Positions 37,864-51,099 of a DNA stretch of 64,000 bases are shown here, one piece after another. Numbering within the stretch: position 1 is the first letter of the stretch; each line of letters starts with the position of its first letter. Below the pieces are notes generated by a model. It saw only the letters and a program-made list of their open reading frames with translations. It was not told where the DNA came from and did not search any database. The position numbers were made by a program, and so were the translations under genes. The DNA comes from Dipteris shenzhenensis (Eukaryota), in assembly GCA_047967505.1 (NCBI GenBank), contig CM106538.1; one strand, given 5' to 3'.

Positions 37864-39635
37864 AGTTATTCTATAAGGATACTTGGGGTAAGGAACCTCC
37901 CATAGACCTCCTAAAACCTCTCGCAGTGTCTTCATTTCTTTCTTCTTCTCAGCCTTGGAGTTGGAGGGATTTTTTCTACATGCGACTTCAACAATAGATG
38001 CAACAAAAGACTTTATTACAACATATAGACAAAGCTTCAACCACTCAAATAAAGCACAGTAGCAAGCCAGAAAAGGCTACAACCTCAAGTACAAAGCAAG
38101 TAGAATAGACGACATCACCCAAGTATAATAACAACAAGTAGGCAGCATCAATGAAAGACAACACCGACTGTACTTCAACAAATACACGACTTCTATGGTG
38201 CCTACAATGCCTACATCAACACCAACCAAACCAGACCACACATGACCGACAGGCAACAAAGTAGATATCAATGACTAGCAAGCTCAAGGAAACACTACAA
38301 ACTAGTGCGTGACCAATACACAACAAATGTCTTTAGTGCAATCAAGACAGAGGCACACTATGTGATGGGATGCCTACAAAACAATGCACAACAAAACCAT
38401 AGCTACTAAAGCAAGGAGCTAAAACACTACAAGCAAACTACAAATGCAAAGTGACCCAAAACACATATGCAAGCTCGCACAAAGCAAGCTTTGAAGTTGT
38501 CGCAACTCATGATGCAAGTGAATAGCCACAATAACATGCAAAGTAGGCAATGCAAGGCTTAGGACTATAATAATCACAACACAACAGCAACAAAAGAAAG
38601 CAAAAGCAAAGGCTTCAACAACAACCTGAAGCTGCTTTAGTTGTTCTACATATGGATGGTTTGTTTTAGCTCCTCGTTTGCCTTTTGTGGTGAAGTGCCA
38701 ACTGAGAGTGTTCAAAGCCCTTTCCATTGACATTGGGGTCAAACAACGTTGCCCAATTTCTCCTACGTTATTTGGTTTATACATTGACTAGCTTGAGGAG
38801 ATTGATGCATGTCCATGGATAGGGGCTTCCAATGGTGGCCATAGAAGGAGTAATGGGATGGTGAAAGGCCATTGTGCAATATGGCAGAGGTGCATGGCAC
38901 AGTACGAAGGACAACCTGACCAATGTTGCCTCATTTGATCTCAAATAGTAGTACATTCCAAGGGGATGGTGGTGGTTTTGCAAGTGGAATGAACCGTGGT
39001 CGGCAAAAGATAGCTCCTAAGGTTAAGGCTAGGTTCACACTACCCAAACGCCTGAATTGCAATAGGGACATTTTTTGATGTGGAAGAATTCCATTCGTTT
39101 TGGAGTTGGATGCTCAACTTGCAATAGGGATGTTCTCTATGTTCTGTGATGTCGAAGGATTTCGGTGGGCATTGGAAGGGAACAGTGTCGACAGACCATC
39201 GTCGCCCAAGCGCTTGTCACCCTCAGAATCACCAACATCACCAATTGGAGGCGGCGAGCTGGAGGATTCCTTGAGAGCCAATAACCAGACTGTGTTGGTG
39301 TGAACACGACACAAAGTTGGGCCTAAGGGTCAACTCAACCCATTCAACGATAAGGAGCTTTGATGATGCTATCTATCCATTCCTTCAGCCAACTGGCATT
39401 CATTCCAGCATATGCGCAATCACACTCCTTGTCTCTAATCCTCATCCATCCCCCTTATTAGCTACATTGCTTTTCAACTGATCGAGCTAAACCATTGCTC
39501 TCGCCGCCCGCCCAATGCCATTTACTCCGACAAGCGACCACAGAGCGAGAGCCAGGGAGAAATGCAGACTCGAGTAACGAGAGAGACCACGATAGAATCG
39601 CAGTTTTGAGTAAACTAGTGCAGTGTAGATTGTGG

Positions 39636-39636
<1 letters not shown>

Positions 39637-39680
<44 letters not shown>
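39637..39680. repeat. (GA)n microsatellite upstream of CHL
   Basis: Directly visible, about 130 bp upstream of the CHL start codon. Confidence 0.9.
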
Positions 39681-39685
<5 letters not shown>

Positions 39686-39812
39686 AAAACTGCACTTTGA
39701 TGCCTCCTTGCTAATTGCGCAAGATGCATCGACTTGCATTTTCCTTCACATGAAAATGCCCTTTGGCTGTATCAACATTGGCGAAACATAGCCTTCCGAC
39801 CGCCTAAATCAA

Positions 39813-42393
39813 ATGGCTGCCGCCATGAGCGTTCTACCAGCATTGCATTTCACGGATGCGAGCTTAATCCGAGGCAATTCCAGGTCTACTTTCTTTTTCG
39901 TTTTGTTGACATGAAGACGTATGAGTGAACGCGTCTGCTGATCGCAAAGGCGTCTCTGGTTGCAAGGACACCACTAATCCGTAGTAACACTTGCTTCTGA
40001 CCACATTGAATGAGTATCGGAGCTAGTTTCACGTCAACGAAGGAAAGATGGGAATTGCGTGTGAGAAATTTCTGGGGAGTTCATATTCTAGAGGTGAATA
40101 CTTAACGGAGTAATTTAAGGGAGGAGACGATGGTGATGATTAATTGGACGAATGACGAATGCCGGTATATGAGGAATGTCGTGGTGAGCGAGAAGCAGGC
40201 CCTTCATCCCCTGTACCCGTGTCTATATGTGGCTCATTTTGCAATAAAATCATCACTTTTGATAGATTTACCGTGTCTTGCATCAAACCAACTTCCCCTA
40301 GCAATGCCAATCTTATGGTGTATTGGTATCATTTGTTCTAAGCGTAGGAATTAGAAGTGGTTTCATACTCTTTAACATGACCATTTCTAGAGTATGTATG
40401 TCTCCCCATACAAAAGATGCAGCATCTAAAATATGCTCATTTCAGAAAATGTCGGATGTATAAATATTGTTGTAATCAGAAGTTACATTTGTCCCTGAAG
40501 CAACCGTCCTCAACTAGAAAGGAGCAACTACTTATAGAGGCACTCAACTAAAAAGCCTCCTCATACACGGACTGCTGAGGGTATCCACTTCTCAGTTGTA
40601 ACGGAGTGAGGTACTCACTGGAGGTGCGTCCCTTTTGCCTCAAACATCTTTATGCCACATAGCTGCTCATATGTATTATCTCAACGTCATCTTCAACGTC
40701 CAGCTGTTCTTATTATCTCACTGGAGGTGTGTCCCTTTTGCCTCAAACATCTTTATGCTACATAGCTGCTCATATGTATTATCTCAATGTCATCTTCAAC
40801 GTCTGGCTGTTCTTATGAAATCAGAGTTTCTGAAGGGTCACTCACACAATGCTTCAACAAACCATGAAAAGCATGTTGCAGAATCTAGGCATGTATCCTA
40901 ATTGTCATGCTAGACCTTCCACATAGTGGAAGAATGTAAACCAAAGGAAAAGCTTGAACCAAATTGAAACACTCCGATAGATCCAACTTCGATAGATGTG
41001 TGCACAAAAATTACTCTCAAGGACACTCAGATCTGAGATAATAGACAGCAGTCGAAGAGCCAACAATACTCGAAGTATACTCCTCAAAGCGCAGGTCAAA
41101 AGCTTACAACCTTAAGTTCCCATAAGTTCAAACGCTGCAGCTAACTGCTGCCTTGGATGCTCTATGGAAAGCTGGTTCTCTGCTCCAAGGTCTGCCTTGA
41201 TATCTGCTCAGCAGCAAGCTCCCTTGTAGAGTGTCAGTAGCCTCTGCTCAATGATTGGACATGGGCACAACTGCCCATGGGGAAAGGACCTCATTCTGAC
41301 GCCCACTTTGCTGGCTGTCCAGCCTGTTGTAGGGCTGACCAGCTCCTATCAATCTGGCGACCCCACAGGCTGCCTTTTCTTATGGCCAACCAGTTCATGC
41401 TGGCCGACCTTGGTCGAGCTAGGCTGTATACTGCCCCAGTCATGCCCTTAATATCGCCACCTATGCTGGCTCCGAAACCCCCTACTACGTGCATGTCCTC
41501 TCCATCAGATCCTCTATCTGTAGATATTCTGGCGTCTCCATGTGGATCATGTTCTAGATCTCGATGCCTGTGTCGCAATCAATCTTATGCTGCCCCTATG
41601 TCAGCTTTTACTGCTAGAAACATCCTATGTGACTGCATACGTGTCAACCCATTAGCTGTCCATACGGCAGCCCGTGAATTGGGCCAGATCCATGATGACC
41701 TCTCCATATGCTCATTTATAGTTACCATGTCCCAATGCGTGTCATACGGGGGCATACAGGTGGGACATGTGAACCCACACTCTGCTCCATCAAAGCATTG
41801 TGCAGTCGCCAATGAGATGTTACATGGCAGTCTGTCATGCCTCCCCATCCTTCATATGTACCGTGTCCCAATGCTCGCCATATACGGGCTCACAGGTGGG
41901 GAATGAACCCTCTGCCCTAACAAGTCACCAATGCGATGTTAAATGTAAATAGAATGTGACATCATACCTCTTAGTATTTTTGTACAGTTCCCAACCTGTG
42001 TCTTAAGCCTTGCCTTGCTAAATTTTAGCAGGGATCTATGCCATGTTGCCAGGGACACCTGCAGGTGCCTTTTATTGGAGGAACCCTTGGGCACAAAGAT
42101 GCATGCTAGATGACGAACACTATGCAGCTTCTGATTCAACTTTGTTAGGCAATCTTGTTAGTTCTTATTGTGGTAGAATGCGTTAAATCTTTTTAGGTGT
42201 GTGGTGTACCTCTCGCCTAGAGAAGGAAAATTAATGTCTTCAGAAGACCGAAATGACCTTTGAGTCAGTACAGTACAATGCATGAAATACCAGCTAAATG
42301 CTTCTCCCATTCACTAAAGAAACGTAACAAGTGCAAAGCATGACTCTTCTGATATGTAGTGCAATGCCACTTAGATAAGCTAGGCAGGCCCTC

Positions 42394-42424
<31 letters not shown>

Positions 42425-45400
42425 CTCTTTCAAATACACTGTTTACAGGTATAGGTGTAAACACATCAGTAAAGCAAAGGTGGAGATTGTTTGCTTCTGC
42501 AGTACCCCTACGTTCATCGGGAACGTGAAGGAACATTCACATAAAGCTGCTGCTTCTGCCTTGGTTGCAGCCTTCTTGGTTAATTATGTTCCAAGTCAGG
42601 TCATCCTATGCCTGCTTCCTTTGAATTGATTTGCTCTTTTGGGATCTGATGTGATGAGCTGCTAATTCAGGCATCTAGTTAACAGAGTATATTTTCTTGT
42701 AGCGAACAATCTTCTATATTTCTTGCTCTCTGTTACTAACAAGCTAATCTAAGTGGATTATGGCTCATAAAATCTGGTAGCACATATGCGTAGTCAATCA
42801 TTGTATGTCTTATAAGTCTTGGCAAGCATTATCTGTTGAATGGAGCAGACATAGCTCTATCATGTGGATTGTAAATGGATACACTACGTAGAATTGGAAA
42901 GTGTCGGCTTTGATATATAGTATCAATGAGCTAAGGCTTTTCCAATTGCTCTCTCCAGGCATTAGCTGAGACTGTTCTTGCTCATCCTGTGAGTACTTTT
43001 TGTCAACTAGCAGCAGTCCAAGCAGACAATGAGATTCTCAAAATAGTCGGTGCCTCAGGCAATACGGAGGAAGAAGCACCTCCGTTGATGATGGGGGGTA
43101 TGACTGCCAGGAATTTTAATCCAGCAAGGTATGCAGGAAGGTGGTTTGAGGTAGCTTCCCTGAAACGTGGATTTGCAGGACAAGGTCAAGAAGACTGCCA
43201 CTGCACACAGGTTAGGCCTCGATCATATCTGATAAGAACGGTACAATAATTGGTTCATAAATCGCATTTACAGCTTTCTATCTGGATTTATTCATTTTAG
43301 GTGTACAAAGTAGCAACTTGAGGGCTATGCAGAATGACGCAAGCAAGCTCTTACTAACTGGTAAAAAATATTTGAGGAAAGTGGAACAGGGGGGGGGAAC
43401 TAAGCAGAAAACTTTAAGACAACTAAAGACAGGCAATGAGAATGTCCAAGCATTGGTTGCTTGAGGCATTCCACGGTCCACCAATATTTTGGCTATAACC
43501 AGCTAAAATTTGGGATGTTTTACAGGGTGTTTACACATTTGATGAGAAGAACAGGGCCATACAGGTTGATACCTTCTGTGTGCATGGGAGTCCAGATGGG
43601 TACATCACTGGGATCAGGGGGGTTGTAAGATGTGTGGATGATGCAGATTTAAGAATGGCTGAGACAGAAGAAGAGAAACAAGAGATGATTGCTTCAAAGT
43701 GCTATCTGAAGTTCCCGTTTCTGCCGTTCATCCCAAAAGAGCCTTATGATGTCATTGACACTGACTATGATACGTTTGCACTTGTCTCAGGAGCCAAAGA
43801 TAAAAGCTTTATCCAGGTATGTGTGTTGCATTTCTTCCATTATGGAACTTTGCCAGGGTATGCACACTACTGGAATGGAAGTCTTGTCACGTCATTTATG
43901 TATGTATGTATGCACACACAACTTTTTCCTTATCTATTTGTTTTATATTACAAAAAGCACTCCCCAAGTAGGGGACATGCAGCTACAACATCAAAAGATT
44001 TCATTATATGACAAGAAAACAGGATAGTTAAGATCCCAAGCGTGCTGGTTTCTATCCTCCCATAGAATCTAGCGTGCCAATAGTGAACCCATGTAAAGAT
44101 CATACTCTTGCCTGACAAAGTGAATCCCAAACAGCCTGAATAGCTTGCCAAAGCAAGCACCAGAAAAACAATCCTAAAGACTTTGCTGCAGAAAAAGCTA
44201 GAAGTCCCTAGTTTCAAGGCAATGCCTAAAGAGATGAGGCATAGACTCCTGCGGGGACAGGCATCGACAACAAGTAGGAGGAGAAATATGTTGACATGCC
44301 AAGATGCGTCCAAAAGGAAGCACCCCAAGCAAAACTCGCTATAAGAAGATTTGCTGACAAGGGGAATGTTTGCAAGCCCAAATTTGTCGCAACCTTTCTT
44401 TCCACCTCCGAGAAGTATGAGTCATAAGCAGATGTGATTTGCATGAGTAAAAGCTCAAGGATGAGGCACCAAAACCTTGTATAACTTTGCAGCCGCAATA
44501 TCAGCCAACAACAATGAATGACAAGCATGATCATCCGAGTTAAGGGTCCAATCTTGAGGCCGTATATAGTCTCAAGACGAGGCACTGGCTGAAAGTCATG
44601 AAGCATCTGTGACAGGATGGCTTTGTTGCTGTTGTTTACATGTGCCACAGAGGATCTCCTACACCACTACACTTCTCCTCCTACGCATCTCCATCTTTCT
44701 AAGAATTATGCTTAGAACATGACAACTTGTCCTTCTTATCAACAACCTATCAAGTTCCATGTGCTGTTTGCTCATGATTACTAGTTGAGGCTAGCTAGCT
44801 CTAGTTAGCCCTCTACCAGCCTCACTAGAATCGGGAGATAGTCACTCCATGTTTAGCCATGTCATAGATGCTTGAGTTAATATGAGGCATTTCTATGATA
44901 TTCTACAAAATATATTCAAGTTGCTGCCATTTATCATAGATATCAACTTTTTAATCTTAAGAAGATTTCGTAATGCTTAAATCTAAGAAACTACAATAGC
45001 TCCCACTAGTAGTATAATTAAGTTCACATAATTCATGAGAATATTCAATACAACCCTCCACTGAACAATTCGGATCTTTGTACATAAAATCTTTAAAGTT
45101 TGGAATGCCCGAGACAATCAAATCATTGATGAACCTCCTAACTAGAATAAGTGTATAAAGAACGATTGGAGAGGTCTCAAAAGAGAACAATGGTCACATG
45201 AACTCAAATTCATAAGCGAAAATGTAGAAGCTATTATCAATACAACATAGAGTTACGAACAAAGCAAACGACATCTTTAGTATCTATGAATTTAACTTTG
45301 CATTTATCTCTTTCATATCTACAATTGAAACTTGGGAAACAAGCTTTTCTATTCATAACTTCAAATCTTTTAACTGTATCTTTTATCAATCAAAATCTAA

Positions 45401-48272
45401 CTTAGATCTATTGAATCTCTCTCAATACATTTCTCCGAATCTCATGGATCTTTGGTAACATGCTTGTAGAGAAATAACGTAACTACTTTGAGACATATGT
45501 TAGAGAAGTCTCATAAGCAGTTGTAATGAATCCAGGCTTGGTTTTTATGAAAACTTACAAGGTACACAAAGACAAGAAAGACTTAGGTTACAAATAAACT
45601 CAAAGACTACAAGAAAATTTTGGTGTTTTATAGTCACAACTAGCATACATCTTTGCTGCAGAGTTAACTTCTCTTAGAAGAGATTGCAAATAAAACTTTT
45701 TGCGCTTGAACACAAAAGTATTTGAACATGTATGCACACAAACGTTTACTGTACTTATGTAGGGATGTGTCATTTCCTGAAGGAGAGACCTACCTTTATT
45801 GGAGGTGCAAACCAAAAATTCTCTTACTTTTTAACTAGCTGGATTTAAAACTGTCAATGTAATAAGGGACCTTGGACTCCTTTTAAAGATCCATCTATTT
45901 GAAAAGTAAACTTTGAAACTCATTTCTCTGGGGGTTTTAATAGACATGAATCCTTGGAAGAAGAAAGTTTAAATTTTGTGCCTTTAGAAAAGCTCCCTTA
46001 AAAAAGTAGAAAGGATTGAAGTATTACCAGTAACAAGATTTGCTCAGCAAAAGGAGCAAACTTTTTACTAGTGCAACAAGAAGGGCTACTATGCATGGCT
46101 TTCCGTCCAAGTTGTGTAAGATTTCTACCAATGTCCTTACAATCAAAGGCCTTTTATCCTAGTGTTTTCACATATTTCCAAGCAATCAGAGGATCATTCC
46201 AATGAGAAAGAGCATTCATAATCCAAGGTGTCCTCAAAATATAGGACGTCAACCTATCTCGTCAAGATTAGGAGAGGTAAATTTAATAAGCTCTTTTCTT
46301 AAGATGGGAGTAGCGCTTTTAAGGCCCAAGAGCTTGAGTTTCTAGAAACTTTCTAAGAGCACTCTCAATTGAATGCGATTTTATTAGTTGAAGATCTTGA
46401 TAAGAGAAATTTCTGAAGTATATAAAGATCTAAAATGAGCCAAAGCATTATATCTTTCAAAGACCTTAATTAAAATTTTGACCCAAAAACATAAGTCATT
46501 CCAAGAACTGTAACCAACCTTGTCCTATGGTTTGAGGAGTAAGGAGACCTACAAGGAAAATTATGCATGTACACGTAACGTTTGGAACGTTCTTAGGCTT
46601 TGGATGCGTCCTCTAAAACCATAGGATTCGATGTGCTTCTCTTCTTTCTTACACCTAACCGTCACTATGCGTACTGAATTCTTGGAAGCACTTCCATTCC
46701 TTTCTATTGCTTGGGGGATGAGAAATTCTTGACAAGCGGCAGCCCTATTTTTTGAATGTGCTGAGATGACCGTCCCTTTAAGGTAAATTTTCTCTTGGCC
46801 CTGAATTTTAAAATATAGTGATAATAGCTTACTGTTGTGTTATCCTAGGACAGGCTTTGCAGCTATGCTTGCAATCTTGTAACGGTCCTAGTCTGGGTTG
46901 CATTTGCATTTCCTACCAGCCATGTGTAAGTGTATGATTTCATGCTATCAGGGACATTTAGGTAGTGACAAGACTTGTGGTTTTGGTCTTTTTCAGGGCT
47001 TTACCTGAATACAGAGTAAAATATCCCTCCATCTTTGAATCATGTTCCAATTGTTGGCGATTATGAGCTTTGTATCAGGGAAAAGTATTACCTGTTGCTT
47101 CTCCTATCTCCTGTTTTCTGAATGAATCTGCTTGTGGCAGAGGTCTGACGAAGTGAGCTGCACCTTGAAGCTTTGAAATGTTTTTATAGCAAATGCACGA
47201 TTGTTCAAAATCCAATAGCTAAGTTCATTTCCATGCAAACAAAAGCTGTGGTACATAGATCATATCAGGAATATTATGAAATCCCTCGAGGTATTGACGA
47301 ATTTGAACAGATTGACCAAGTCGAGTTGATTACCACCACTGCTTTGAATTGCATTTGGTCTAATAGTTATGTTGGATCATGTATGGCGCTCCATCTCTGC
47401 ACATTCTTCTAATCTGTTTAAAAGTACACCAAATGCCTAGGACATGGTCAGTTCGTTGCAGAGCTTTGAAATAAAATTTGGTAAGACGATGAGTTGTGTC
47501 TGGGTATCAGTCCACAAAGGCTTTTTTTGTCAAATAATAATGGTGGATGTGGAAAGACTTTCCAGCTTTGATCCATGGAGTGAGAAACTTTCCACTACTG
47601 TTTGGATTACCTCCTCCTTGCCTTTGGCTCCCTTAGAGGGCAAGGACGTTTTATCTGAGGCAGACCCTATGGTGTCCAAGAGCCTTATGATGATATTTAA
47701 CGGGAATGCAGTGGCCCATCAAAAATCTGGTAGTGCACATCTTTTTGGTACTTTGTCAGACGGAAGAGGTGGTTGTTTAAAAAGGGCCATTCTTCGTCCT
47801 TATACATTCTATTGTCTTTGTCATGCTTTCCGTAGATATTCTGGACAATTAACAGCTCTGCATTCTGAGGTTTGTTCTCGGATTGATGGGTTGCTTGAAG
47901 TGTCTCATAGTGATTAATTTGTTGGTTCTAATTCATGATCGACATGAAGACCATGTGTTAAATCGAGTATTCTGATATAATTCTTGTGTGTAGATTTATT
48001 CCCGTACACCAAATCCAGGGCCGGAGTTTATTGAGAAATACAAAAATTACTTGGCAACCATAGGATACAAGGCAAGTCAGATAAAAGATACACCTCAAGA
48101 TTGCGAAGACACATCCATGGGACAGCTGGAGTTGATGATGTCCATGCCAGGGATGAACGAGGCTCTGACCAACAAATTCCCAGACTTGGGATTGCGGCGT
48201 CCTGTCCAGTTCAACCCTTTCACCAGTGTGTTCGACACTGTTAAAAAGCTCGTGCCATTGTATTTCAAGTAG
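39813..48272 (+). CDS. CHL: Chloroplast (thylakoid-lumen) lipocalin CHL/LCNP, 347 aa, five exons: 39813-39883, 42449-42599, 42959-43210, 43526-43816, 47994-48272
   Basis: All introns are GT-AG with consistent phases, giving a 1044-nt CDS. Bipartite targeting: MAAAMSVLPALHF... then AAASALVAAFLVNYVPSQALA. CHL motifs: MTARNFNPARYAGRWFEVASLKRGFAGQGQEDCHCTQG, VDTFCVHGSPDGYITGIRG, PYDVIDTDYDTFALVSGAKDKSFIQIYSRTPNPGPEFIEKYK. Exons 1-2 are inferred from phase and targeting-peptide composition. Confidence 0.93.
40614..40816. repeat. Tandem duplication, 103-bp unit x2, in CHL intron 1
   Basis: ctcactggaggtg..cctcaaacatctttatg..gctgttcttat starts at 40614 and again at 40717. Confidence 0.9.
40820..42150 (-). 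mobile_element. Decayed L1-like LINE 3' region in CHL intron 1
   Basis: IWFKLFLWFTFFH (zf-RVT KxKLFLW-like) followed by a weak Cys/SET segment. Confidence 0.45.
44050..44750 (-). mobile_element. L1-like LINE 3' end (zf-RVT domain) in CHL intron 4
   Basis: Minus-strand translation WKERLRQIWACKHSPCQQIFL*RVLLGVLP...TCCRCLSPQESMPHLFRHC. Confidence 0.8.
44825..46550 (-). mobile_element. Penelope-like element (PLE) reverse-transcriptase relic, copy 1, in CHL intron 4
   Basis: Ordered broken motifs PLIAWKYVKTLG, LVTGNTSIL..KGTKF, CSNTFVFKRKKFY (DKASNN-like), VRRFINDL (RYIDD-like), FLDLSI and IYDK...HGVTIS (thumb). Confidence 0.75.
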
Positions 48273-48301
48273 TCAAGGACGTGCATGATTGGATGAAGAT
48301 G

Positions 48302-48524
48302 GAGCTTCCCTCTATCCCAAAATATTATGTATGTGTATGGGAGGGAACATTGTCGGTACAGGCCAATGGCAGATTAAACTGAGGAGAACGATGTCGTTGG
48401 CTGACGGTCCTTAACGAGCTTCCCTCTATCTGAAAAAATATGTATGTGTATGGGAACATTTTTGGTACGGGCCAATGGCAGATTAAACTGAGGAAAATGA
48501 TGTCACTGGCTGACAGTCCTTAAC
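48302..48524. repeat. Tandem duplication (~110-bp unit x2) in the CHL 3' region
   Basis: gagcttccctctatc...ggccaatggcagattaaactgagga...ccttaac starts at 48302 and again at 48416. Confidence 0.9.
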
Positions 48525-48773
48525 CAGCACCTTGCAAAAGAAGATCATAAGAAACGGTATAACAGAAAGTAAGACCTCGTAGCTAAGAATCCCACCATGA
48601 ATTCTGCAATCAATGTACTCGTAGCCTTGTTCTCCATCTTGATGCATGGATTGTTGTGATGTCCACATACACATGAAATTCGGATTGTTTAGGTGTTTTA
48701 TATGGATAGGGTTGTGACTTTCATGCACTCTTGAAAACGCCGATGCCCATGTGCATGCGCGTGCTCTCTGAGT

Positions 48774-48809
<36 letters not shown>

Positions 48810-51099
48810 CACACAGAGGAAGGAAGAAGTGGTAGAAATCCTTTTGTTGAGGAGAAGCATAAGAAGAGAACTACATCTACATAATCAAAGGATAAGGAAG
48901 AAGAGCAAGAGAACCTAAAGGACATCTCCTACTGTGGAGAAGTAGAAGAAGAGAAATGCACCTGAACAGATAGAGAGGCCAAGGAAGAAGAGTATCCATT
49001 AACATAGAGTAAACATGGCACAACAGCATTTAAGCTTCGTATGATGAAAAAGATCTCCGTGGAAGCAAAACACAAAATGACACTCTTGGACACCATTTCT
49101 AACATGGCCATGCCACAAATGGAGACCAAGTGGATCATTTACTATAAGTTGTCAAAAGACCATTACTACAAAATCTATCAAGTCTCAATGGTGGAAGCTA
49201 TGCAAATATGGGACTTGCTACACAACTAGCAAATCCACCAATCCCAAGGTGGAATGGGAACATAAGTTAAAAAATAATGACTCATCCAAGATAAATTAAG
49301 GGTTGTGACAATATAACTAAATCAATAAGTACCTCTCAATCTACACATTCTCTCCCCTCATTCCCCTCTATATGGAATCAACAAGCAAGTTTTGTGGCTT
49401 TGATTTAGAACCCCTATTTGTTTGACACTTATCTTTATCAATCCAATCTATTGCTTAGCACAATGTGTTCCATTTGCTACTTTTTTTATATTCCAAGTCG
49501 ATGTCTAATCATTTGTCTTTAATGTAGTCCTCTATCTATTATAGCGATGACCCCCTTGGTTCTACCTCCATAAAGACCATCAGTAGTGGACGATAGCCGA
49601 TATATTGATGGGATAAGACCATGCTATTGTACAAATGTGAGAGATAAATTGAAGAGTCTCCCTTTTACTTGCAATATTTATTGGGGCTATTCATTAAAGA
49701 ATTCACCTAATATCCTACATGGCAATATCTCATTCCATATGTTTCTTTTTATTGTTATTTTTCTTTACTTGATTGTTTAATTGTAGAATGATTCACTTTC
49801 TATGGACCTCCTACTGATAGTAATGTGCTAATTATAATAGGATACTCTTTTATAAAGTAATTGTTGACAATTGGAATCTGGGTGGGAGGGTGTGGAATCC
49901 CCCCTCCAAATATAATATAATTCATTTGACGTGGTCAAATTTTTATTTTTTAACTTATTTATTCATTAAACTTTACATCCCAACATGTACCTAATATTTT
50001 TATACGTATTACATAACAACATGTCTCAATCATCTCAACTAGGAATGGTAGTCATGAGCTTAGTTTGGCTTACTTGTCATAGTTGTGATTGAATTATCAT
50101 TTGGAATGGCTATTCTTCTATGTATTATCTAATAGTGCATATAGTAAACCAAGGTGGATACTGTAATACCCAAACAACCTACACTAGATTTGGTCAAAAA
50201 ACATGTGCTTTTGGTCTTAACTTAAATTTCTTTGAACCAATGCCTATTAATCACACTGTCCCTCATATCTTCTTCACAAGTTTTCAAATAAACAAGAGCG
50301 ATGAATATGTTCACAATATCACTTTGAACCAGTGCCTATTAATTATCGTGTCCCTCATATCTTTTTCACAAGTTTTAGAATAAGCAAGCAAATGAATAAT
50401 TTCCATTATTGCATCTAGGAAAGGATATCATATAAAAAGCATAACAAAAGCATTTGAGCCCCAATATTAGCAATTTGCATAGGGAACATGAATGAACTGG
50501 CCCGGGCTTGTGAATGAAGTAGATGGGATTTCCTAAGCAATGTCAAAATATAGCCACCAAGAGATAGCATGACTGTCTTCTCTAAAAAAGAAACAAAGAT
50601 TACAAAAATATATGGAAAGAATGAACACTTTAAACATAGAACACAGGACATCCATATATTAGATAACAAAATAAATACAAGTACTTCCATCTAAAACAAG
50701 AATTTTGACAATATAACGATTCTTACTACAACCCATAAGTGGATGGAATAGTCACTAGAGCACAAGGACTGACAATGGAAAGGCTAGGTTCCCTCCAAAA
50801 TGGCATTCACACATGGGTTAGCATATCTAGCCTTATCTAAATTAAAATCCATTGAGAAGTCATACCTTTTAGATCCAAGACATAAAAAACAAACACCTGA
50901 GAGTGAAAAAAGTATAAATAATATGTAAATAGATGAAGAAACAATGCAATATGGCAATTGTCTAATATCATTTGCTTACATGGAATACACCATAAATTCA
51001 CATGCACACAACTTATAACAATTTATAGTAGCCAAAAACTTCTTCTATGGTGGCACATACATGCTAATCCTTCAAAGCATAGAAATAAACTCTATCAAA

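Noticed and set aside
36700-39460. Possible LTR/gag sequence
   Set aside because: It looks TE-derived, but I could not identify diagnostic motifs or termini.
41277-41906. 209-aa plus-strand ORF in CHL intron 1
   Set aside because: No recognisable domain, lies opposite a probable LINE relic, and is not needed for the CHL reading frame.
47140-47185. Hammerhead-like CTGACGA...GAAA near PLE copy 1
   Set aside because: Stem II pairs poorly, no stems I/III are evident, and it is on the opposite strand to the PLE.
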